From Candidatus Magasanikiibacteriota bacterium (lineage in GTDB: Bacteria; Patescibacteriota; Patescibacteriia; Magasanikbacterales; UBA922): a DNA stretch of 64,000 bases. The DNA lies in NCBI GenBank assembly GCA_018652595.1, contig JABIBU010000013.1, forward strand, positions 29,043 through 93,042, read 5' to 3'. Of this stretch, positions 57,299 through 64,000 are shown in pieces; the stretch's first letter is position 1; the number at the start of each line of letters is the position of its first letter. Position numbers and translations under genes: made by a program. The notes beneath the pieces are model-generated. The model was not told the DNA's origin and did no database searches. It saw nothing but the letters and a program-made list of their open reading frames with translations.

Positions 57299-58705
57299 CT
57301 ATATAAAATACTTCTTCTCAATCTCCCCCACCCTATCGTCCACTTCTTCCACTTTCAAAGGAGATGTCTCACCTGATTTTTCAATAAGCTCTATAACTGT
57401 TTTTAGCACATGTTTCATACCAGGAATAATATGTTTTTCTCGATCTTCTGCATAAGAAAAACGAATATAACCAATACCACCATCACCAAAGTCCCGTCCA
57501 GCCAAAGTGGCCACTCCTCTATCTGTCAACAACCATTTACTAAATTCTTTTTCATTTTTTAAATTCAAATCATTTTTTACATAAGACAATTCTAATACCT
57601 TTTCAAAATTTGGAAACAAGTAAAAAGCGCCTTGAGCCTCATTTGGGACAACATAAGGTTGTAGTAATTTAAAACAGTTTTCTACAAACTTACCTTTTTT
57701 TTCATATTCCACAAAGTCAGCTTCGATAATTGGTTTTATTTTCTCAGCCACTGATTCATATTTGAAACCGTCCAATTCCACATCACCAAAAATAGTTCCT
57801 GCCACAATCTGATTGAACCTAGTTACACAAGTATATTTATTAATGGCAAACTTTCCAAAAATTTCAATTACCCATTCTGGTGCTATAATAAAACCCATAC
57901 GCCAACCAGTCATAGCAAAGTTTTTTGAAAAACCATTTAGATTAATTGTATAATCCTGCATTCCAGGAATTGACAAGAAACTAAAATGTTCACGACCGTC
58001 AAAAATAATTCTATCATAAATATCATCAAACAAAACCATAAACTTATACTTCTTTACCAACTGAGCAATACGCTCTAACATATCTTTGCCAAAGACCATA
58101 CCAGTTGGATTTTGTGGAGTATTAACAACCAAAAGTTTTACCCCAGTATTTTCTTCCAAGATCTTTTCAAAATCTTCCACTTTGAATTCAAAACCACCAT
58201 CATCTTTGCGCACAAACCAAGGAATAAAATTATCCTGACTATAAAATCTTCCCAGGGACTCATAAATTGGATAACCTGGACTAGTGCCGATTACTTTGTC
58301 GCCTGGTTTTACCAATGCCTGAATAGCCATCTCAATGGCTGGCTTACCGCCGGGCTGTAGCATTACATTTTCTTTCTTAATTTCTATACCCCTAGTCTCT
58401 GTCCAGTGCTTTGCTATGTTTTCTCTTACTTGAGGATACCCTGCAAAATGACCGTACTTGGTTTGTTTGTCTTGCAAAGCTTTTATTGCAACATCGATAA
58501 TTGGCTGAGGTGTCTTTGGGCCAGTATCACCCACATGAAATTTAAAAATCTGTGGAAATTTTCCAGACTTTTCTACTTCCGATACTAGTACGCCAAAATC
58601 AAACGCTGTCTCAGTACCTAGTAAAACTAAATCTGGATTTATTTCTATACCTTCTGATGGTATTAGATTTTTTTCTTTTAGAAATTTTGGTAGTTCTTGG
58701 GACAT
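57299..58705 (-). CDS. Class I/II PLP-dependent aminotransferase
   Basis: NGFSKNFAMTGWRMGF (PLP-lysine region). Confidence 0.65.
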   Translation of the reverse strand: MSQELPKFLKEKNLIPSEGIEINPDLVLLGTETAFDFGVLVSEVEKSGKFPQIFKFHVGDTGPKTPQPIIDVAIKALQDKQTKYGHFAGYPQVRENIAKHWTETRGIEIKKENVMLQPGGKPAIEMAIQALVKPGDKVIGTSPGYPIYESLGRFYSQDNFIPWFVRKDDGGFEFKVEDFEKILEENTGVKLLVVNTPQNPTGMVFGKDMLERIAQLVKKYKFMVLFDDIYDRIIFDGREHFSFLSIPGMQDYTINLNGFSKNFAMTGWRMGFIIAPEWVIEIFGKFAINKYTCVTRFNQIVAGTIFGDVELDGFKYESVAEKIKPIIEADFVEYEKKGKFVENCFKLLQPYVVPNEAQGAFYLFPNFEKVLELSYVKNDLNLKNEKEFSKWLLTDRGVATLAGRDFGDGGIGYIRFSYAEDREKHIIPGMKHVLKTVIELIEKSGETSPLKVEEVDDRVGEIEKKYFI

Positions 58706-58718
58706 AAATTTTTATCGC

Positions 58719-59456
58719 TGTCATCCCGAGCGACCCACAGGGAGCCGAGGGATCTCTTTAAATATTAATTAAAACTTTTTAATTTTTCTTTTGTTAGTAG
58801 AAAACCAATTATGTGTAGATCTTTCCATTTTATATGTCAGGGTTGTATCAACTATTTTATTACAAAACTTGGCTTAATAATTTTTTCGATTTCATTTTCA
58901 TAAATAGTATTCAACTTATCACATTTGTAATCTGTATATTCTTGTGAATCTTCCTCGACAAAAGAACACGGTACAGGCATCGTAGTTCCTGTATAATAGT
59001 AAATAAACTCATCTGATTCACCCAATGCAAGACGAGGAGCATCTTCATACATGGTTCCCTTTATACTAATATCAGCGACTACTACATAAAAATATCTATC
59101 AACATCATTTTTTGCCTGCAAATAAAAGGATTCGAAAACTTTTTCATCTCCTTTATCACCCATATCCTTGTCAATTCTTTCAATACCACCCCAACTATCA
59201 GGAAAAGTAACTGAAAAACTGTATTGATCACTACTATAAACATTATTAGTCAAATCATTTTTTTCTTCTGTGTTATTGCTAAAATTACATCCTGACAAAA
59301 TCAAAGTTGTAGTAAAGATAATTGAAATTATAAATATTTTTTTCATATTTTTTTAATTAATTGCTTTATTAATTTTATTATTTATTAATATATTTTCTCC
59401 TTATCTCAAGTTATTTTAATTTCTAAAAGAATCCCTCGACTACGCTCGGGATGACA
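58719..59456. mobile_element. 738-bp segment bounded by perfect 14-bp inverted repeats of the TGTCATCCCGAGCG family, carrying a lipoprotein gene
   Basis: The left arm is 58719-58754 (TGTCATCCCGAGCG...CGAGGGATC). The right arm is 59428-59456, whose reverse complement is TGTCATCCCGAGCGTAGTCGAGGGATTC. Confidence 0.4.
58852..59346 (-). CDS. Putative lipoprotein
   Basis: Signal peptide plus an LSGC lipobox; 164 aa. Confidence 0.5.
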   Translation of the reverse strand: MKKIFIISIIFTTTLILSGCNFSNNTEEKNDLTNNVYSSDQYSFSVTFPDSWGGIERIDKDMGDKGDEKVFESFYLQAKNDVDRYFYVVVADISIKGTMYEDAPRLALGESDEFIYYYTGTTMPVPCSFVEEDSQEYTDYKCDKLNTIYENEIEKIIKPSFVIK

Positions 59457-61689
59457 TTGTGGATAGTATTTTTCCTTTGATATCTTCACTCGTCAATTTA
59501 GCCAACTCATATACCTCATCTACACTACCAGATTTCAAATAATTATCAATAGACAAAGAACGTTCCTCATGATCAGATGGTAACATGAACGGATATAAGA
59601 AACCTTTCCAACCTGCGTGGATACAAACTGATCGTCCACGATCTTCTTCTGAAAATATTGCATTAGCTTTTTCTGGATTTGTCTCACGCAATTCTTCGAA
59701 TAATTCTGGTGAAGTAACTGCCACAATCTTTATGTCCAAACCTTGGGCTTCTAATTCTGGTATAGTTTCTATAGTATTTAACAATACCTGAACCCCAGAA
59801 ATAACTAAGGTCTTTTTCTTACCGCCATTTTCTTTAAAATTTCTAAATATATAAGCGCCACTTACTGCTTCTTTGGCTTCTGGCACACCCGTGTCACCAC
59901 CACGCTCAAATACCACAGTGTCAGGCCTAGCAACTGACAAAGCAATTGGTTCACCTTTTTTAAATGCATGAAACAACATTTCAATAGTTTCATTGGCATC
60001 CATTGGCTTGTAAACTTTTATACCAGGATAAGCATTGAACATACTCATCCAATAAAGACCTTGGTGTGTTGGTCCATCTTCGCCAGTCTCTGGACCATCA
60101 TGAGCTGCGAGCATAATAAAAAATCCTTTCATCTCTGGATATAAGTGATTTCCAATTAAACTCAATCGCACACAATTACTCATCATAGAAGTAAACACGG
60201 CATAAGATGAAAAGACTGACACTGGTGCAAATCCACCAGGCAAGCGATCCATAGTCAAAGCTGTACTCATCATTGCCATATTTTGCTCTGCAATACCAAA
60301 ACGAATTCCACGACCATAAGGATTTTTGCGATTAATATCTCCATAGATATCCTCGGCCTTTTGTGTAAGAATTGATTTGCTCAGATCCCCTGTCCCAGCC
60401 CAGAAAAAAGCGGTTTGCTTCATTAGCCATTCAAAAAATGCTTGAGTGGCTTTTCTTGTGGCCAGTTTTGAACCCTGTTCAAATTTTAATTCATCTGGCA
60501 ATTCATCTGGACGAGTAATTGTCATTGGATTAGTAAGAGGTCTATCACCAATTTTACTTTTCATTAATTCCAAATTTTCTTCTTCGCTCTTGATATTATT
60601 TTTTGCTACTTCCAAACGTTCGGAAATATAAGTTGCCAATTCTGGAGTTAGACTTTCTAAAACTTTTTCAATATCAGCCGACACATCACCAGTCACCTCA
60701 AATCCAATCTCCTTCATTATTTCTATATAATCTTCTGTCTTGGCTGGTGCACCATGAGAGGCAGCAGAATTTTCATTTGCACCATAGTGCTTACCTTTTA
60801 TAGAGTGTGCTATTACTACAGTTGGGCTTCCATTACCCATTCCTTGTTTAGCTTTGCGATAAGCATAAGTTAATTCTAAGACATTATGTCCATCCACTTC
60901 TATTACATTCCATCCCATGCCGAGCCAATGATTGATATATGGAGTAATTACCACCTCATCAATATCGCCATCAATTCCAAAGTGGTTGTAATCAAGTGTT
61001 ACAATCATATTGTCAGCTCCGACAGTATTCAAGACATTACGAGCTTCATATGTCATACCCTCTTCACTCTCAGCGTCACCCATAAACACCCAAACTTTGG
61101 TATCAAGACCAGATGACTTGTGCGCAATAGCCATACCACCAGCCGATGGCATGCCATGACCAGATGGACCAGTCGCTACATCTGAAAGTGGATAGTAATT
61201 TTCAATATGACCTTGTGGGCCATCATGCTTTCTAAATTTTGTTAAATCCTGTGGCATCACAGCTCGTAATTTTTCTGCATCAAATTCCTTACCACTTCTT
61301 TTTAAACTTTCGTACATCAAAGCTAAGCCACCATAAAGTCCTGGTGAACAATGTCCAGCTGACCAGACTACACGATCGCGTCCAGTATTTTTTGGATTGA
61401 GAGCATCAAAGGCCATGGCTCCACCCAAAACCTTTGCCAAAAACATTTCTGTCTTTCCAGAAGAACCACCTGGATGACCTGAGTGAACTGATTCTAGTGC
61501 ACAAAACATAAGACCGCGCATAATACGCGCAGCTTCATTCATTTTTTCAATATCAATTCCATCTAAGTTTTCCAAATCCAAATCTTGTAACTTTAGATAT
61601 TTTCCACCAACCGCTTGCTGTTTAAATCTTTCTGGCTGATCTTGTTTCAATTTATTTAACCCCTCTTCACTCAAAATATTATATGTCAT
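59440..61689 (-). CDS. tkt: Transketolase
   Basis: SGHPGGSSG and GEDGPTHQG motifs. The stop codon TAG lies inside the repeat arm. Confidence 0.8.
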   Translation of the reverse strand: MTYNILSEEGLNKLKQDQPERFKQQAVGGKYLKLQDLDLENLDGIDIEKMNEAARIMRGLMFCALESVHSGHPGGSSGKTEMFLAKVLGGAMAFDALNPKNTGRDRVVWSAGHCSPGLYGGLALMYESLKRSGKEFDAEKLRAVMPQDLTKFRKHDGPQGHIENYYPLSDVATGPSGHGMPSAGGMAIAHKSSGLDTKVWVFMGDAESEEGMTYEARNVLNTVGADNMIVTLDYNHFGIDGDIDEVVITPYINHWLGMGWNVIEVDGHNVLELTYAYRKAKQGMGNGSPTVVIAHSIKGKHYGANENSAASHGAPAKTEDYIEIMKEIGFEVTGDVSADIEKVLESLTPELATYISERLEVAKNNIKSEEENLELMKSKIGDRPLTNPMTITRPDELPDELKFEQGSKLATRKATQAFFEWLMKQTAFFWAGTGDLSKSILTQKAEDIYGDINRKNPYGRGIRFGIAEQNMAMMSTALTMDRLPGGFAPVSVFSSYAVFTSMMSNCVRLSLIGNHLYPEMKGFFIMLAAHDGPETGEDGPTHQGLYWMSMFNAYPGIKVYKPMDANETIEMLFHAFKKGEPIALSVARPDTVVFERGGDTGVPEAKEAVSGAYIFRNFKENGGKKKTLVISGVQVLLNTIETIPELEAQGLDIKIVAVTSPELFEELRETNPEKANAIFSEEDRGRSVCIHAGWKGFLYPFMLPSDHEERSLSIDNYLKSGSVDEVYELAKLTSEDIKGKILSTMSSRA

Positions 61690-61911
61690 AGTTTTGTATG
61701 ATGATGTATGATAAATTATAGAATTAGTGCTTTTATTTTATCAAATATGGGAAAAGTGTGCAAGAGGGAGAAAAAGGAGTAAGGAGTAAATTCCCCTCTT
61801 GAGAGGGGATGAAAAACAAAAACAGCCAAAATTGGCTGTCTTTGTAACTGTCCCGACCGATGATCTGATGAAACAGCCACGGGTCGGGGACCCTCCTTCT
61901 TTTTGGGGCAA

Positions 61912-62130
61912 CTATCCATCGCCCCAGATTTCAGCAGAAGTAAAATTCCGCTCGTCCGCCACCCCGAGAGACAAGCCATCAATCCTAATACCACCATCAG
62001 GACCGAAGGTAAGACCCTCATTCCGAGCCTCAAAGTCTCGCCTCATCGAGTCAGTGGGGAAGCTCTTCCCCATTGTTTTCAAGTCGGGAGATCTTCCCCG
62101 ACTTCTGCTTCTTTTAGTTTTTTTCGCCAT
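61912..62130 (-). CDS. Small protein of unknown function (72 aa; basic N-terminus, acidic C-terminus) in a GC-rich island
   Basis: The RBS GGAAGGAG sits 5 nt before the ATG, a consensus promoter lies upstream and a terminator follows. Confidence 0.4.
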   Translation of the reverse strand: MAKKTKRSRSRGRSPDLKTMGKSFPTDSMRRDFEARNEGLTFGPDGGIRIDGLSLGVADERNFTSAEIWGDG

Positions 62131-62167
62131 CTCTTCTCCTTCCTGTGGCAGTTAAACAATTATGTAA

Positions 62168-62196
62168 ACTATACAACAAAAAGCCCCTCTTGTCAA
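62168..62196 (-). promoter_or_regulatory. Consensus sigma-70 promoter (TTGACA-17 nt-TATAGT) for the small ORF
   Basis: Minus-strand -35 at 62191-62196 and -10 at 62168-62173. The -35 hexamer sits in the loop of the upstream terminator hairpin. Confidence 0.45.
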
Positions 62197-62201
62197 GGGC
62201 T
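62176..62201 (-). terminator. Intrinsic terminator of the methyltransferase gene
   Basis: AGCCC-ttgacaagag-GGGCT followed by TTTTT on the minus strand. Confidence 0.45.
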
Positions 62202-62365
62202 AAAGACAAAAAAACGCCTTATTTAAGCGCTTTTTGAAGAATTTTATTTGTTACTATATCTTGTATTATAGCACATTTTAGCACTTTTGTCAACCTCGCA
62301 CCATTTTAAGGCTTGATTGAACTCAGTATTAAAATAGTGCGGGGTCAAGTATCTCCCCTACTATC

Positions 62366-63286
62366 TTACTTCTTTTTTCTTCCTAAAACAATATAACCCT
62401 GCGCCTCAACCCACTTGCCAACAATCAACATTTCCACCAATCCATAAAGCTCACACAAGGCTGTTGAATATGGATGTGTCTTTTTCTTCATCCAATACAA
62501 AACTTTATTTAAAGTTTTCAATATAAAAAATTTATGCCAGTTAGTTTTTTTCAAAGATTCATAAAACTCGTCGGGATGAACCCAAAAACTTGCCCAAAAG
62601 GCTGTGTACATCTTATTTATTTCAAAGTCAGAACTTTCTAAAAATTCTTTCAATGTATATTTGGAGTAGAGTGAGATATGATACTCAGCATGCGGATCAA
62701 TATTCAAACCTCGCCTTAATAAATAATTTCGTATATATGCATGCTTGCCCAATTTTGACTCGCTAAACATTGCCAAAGCACCGCCCGGCTTCAGCACTCT
62801 ATTTAATTCATCTAGCCAGTTTCTAACATTTTTTACATGCCCCAACACATCGGATGAGTAGATAGCATCGAAACTACTGTTAGAAAAGGGTAACTTTTCA
62901 CCGTCATAAAGCTCGACCTCGGCATACACAGCATTTTTCTTTATCTTTGTCTTTGCCAAATCAATTTGAAGTCCTACCACATCCACACCTACCACATCCA
63001 CTCGCTTGCCCAATAATTTTTTCAAATCTATTACACTTGCCCCTGTACCACAACCTACATCCAATATTCTATAGGGTTCATTCAAATCCCGTTTTCTTAA
63101 TTTCTTTTTTGCGTCTTTGTAAATATATCTATACAAAAAAAACTTCTTAGGATAAAACAAAAGTTTTAGCTTGTCTTGCCAAGTTACTTGATCACCCCTG
63201 AAAACCGGATCTGTATCCCAAATCTCGGCCCCATGATTATTGATTTTTCCCCAAAGCTTGTTATCCATACCATTATATTGTACCAT
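62366..63286 (-). CDS. Class I SAM-dependent methyltransferase
   Basis: Motif I ILDVGCGTGASVIDL. Confidence 0.65.
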   Translation of the reverse strand: MVQYNGMDNKLWGKINNHGAEIWDTDPVFRGDQVTWQDKLKLLFYPKKFFLYRYIYKDAKKKLRKRDLNEPYRILDVGCGTGASVIDLKKLLGKRVDVVGVDVVGLQIDLAKTKIKKNAVYAEVELYDGEKLPFSNSSFDAIYSSDVLGHVKNVRNWLDELNRVLKPGGALAMFSESKLGKHAYIRNYLLRRGLNIDPHAEYHISLYSKYTLKEFLESSDFEINKMYTAFWASFWVHPDEFYESLKKTNWHKFFILKTLNKVLYWMKKKTHPYSTALCELYGLVEMLIVGKWVEAQGYIVLGRKKK

Positions 63287-63315
63287 ACTAAACGAAGAAT
63301 AAAAAAATAAATACT

Positions 63316-63990
63316 ATGGACTCTAATTTTATCCTCATAGACAAACCAAAAGAATGGACCAGTCACGACGCCGTTGCAAAAATAAGAGGCATAGCACGAA
63401 AAGAGACTGGAATCAAAAAAATCAAAGTCGGACACGCTGGCACACTAGACCCTTTTGCTACGGGTCTTCTTATTATTGGCATTGGACGAGATGCAACAAA
63501 GCGACTAGACGAATTCAAAGCAATGAGGAAAACTTATGTTGCCACTCTAAAATTGGGGGCCACTTCTGATACCCAAGATTCTGACGGGGTGATCACCACC
63601 CAAGACTCAGACAGCACCAAACCCGACAACAAACTAGTCTGGGATGTCTTAAAGAGTTTTACTGGTAAACAACTTCAAACTCCTCCCATGTATTCTGCCA
63701 AAAAAGTTGGTGGCAAAAAACTGTATGATCTAGCTCGCAAAGGAATTGAGATTGAACGCCAACCAAGTGAGATTGAAATTTATAATATAAAACTTTTGGA
63801 TTATAGCTATCCCGATTTGAAAATAGAAGTCGATTGCTCTACTGGGACCTACATCCGAACCCTGGCTCATGATATTGGGGATAAGCTGGATACTGGGGCA
63901 TATTGTGATGAGTTGAGGAGGACTAGAATCGGTGAATATGATGTGAAGAATGCAGTCTCACCTGAGCGCTTTAGCACCGAAACACCTTAG
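63316..63990 (+). CDS. truB: tRNA pseudouridine(55) synthase
   Basis: LIDKPKEWTSHDAV...GHAGTLDPFATGLL catalytic-Asp motif. Confidence 0.85.
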   Translation: MDSNFILIDKPKEWTSHDAVAKIRGIARKETGIKKIKVGHAGTLDPFATGLLIIGIGRDATKRLDEFKAMRKTYVATLKLGATSDTQDSDGVITTQDSDSTKPDNKLVWDVLKSFTGKQLQTPPMYSAKKVGGKKLYDLARKGIEIERQPSEIEIYNIKLLDYSYPDLKIEVDCSTGTYIRTLAHDIGDKLDTGAYCDELRRTRIGEYDVKNAVSPERFSTETP

Positions 63991-64000
63991 CACACACAAA

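Noticed and set aside
61799-62226. Plus-strand ORFs 61799-62155 and 61903-62226
   Set aside because: GC-rich sequence yields long ORFs in several frames. These lack an RBS, whereas the minus-strand 61912-62130 ORF has a promoter, RBS and terminator.
1-64000. Searched for tRNA, rRNA and CRISPR arrays
   Set aside because: No GGTTCGAATCC-type T-arm with an acceptor stem, no rRNA-like conserved blocks, and no regularly spaced direct repeats were seen.

Overview
This is a low-GC (~33-35%), gene-dense stretch. Most genes are on the minus strand and carry GGAGG-type ribosome-binding sites. The gene content points to a reduced, probably CPR/Patescibacteria-like bacterium (inference): standalone '23S-rRNA-IVS' four-helix-bundle proteins, a split ComEC, an Elp3 homolog and an archaeal-type UMP kinase. 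Recognisable housekeeping genes include pyrG (5' part), rplI, era, ctpA, nnr, tal, a peroxiredoxin and superoxide dismutase, rpoD, dnaG, secDF, secA, hpf, murB, mraY, a MurC/Mpl ligase, glyA, tsaE, queH, rarA, leuS, gdh, trxA, infB, tkt and truB. No rRNA, tRNA or CRISPR array was found. The observations that deserve a second look are:
- a VirD4/TraG-like ATPase with a long disordered K/E-rich tail;
- SecD carrying an inserted parvulin PPIase domain;
- an ~810-bp secA-secD intergenic region holding a GC-rich multi-hairpin RNA candidate;
- a peptidoglycan cluster with an extra ATP-grasp ligase, an NlpC/P60 hydrolase and a GNAT-fold aminoacyl-tRNA-transferase-like gene;
- several Cys-rich zinc-finger mini-proteins;
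- an RpoD with a histone-H1-like basic N-terminus;
- a family of MITE-like inverted-repeat elements (TIR TGTCATCCCGAGCG / GTCATTGCGAGG) that overlap gene termini and in one case carry a lipoprotein gene;
- two four-helix-bundle gene cassettes flanked by inverted repeats;
- a GC-rich island with a small ORF driven by a consensus promoter.
All calls rest on reading the sequence and the translations; no database search was run.
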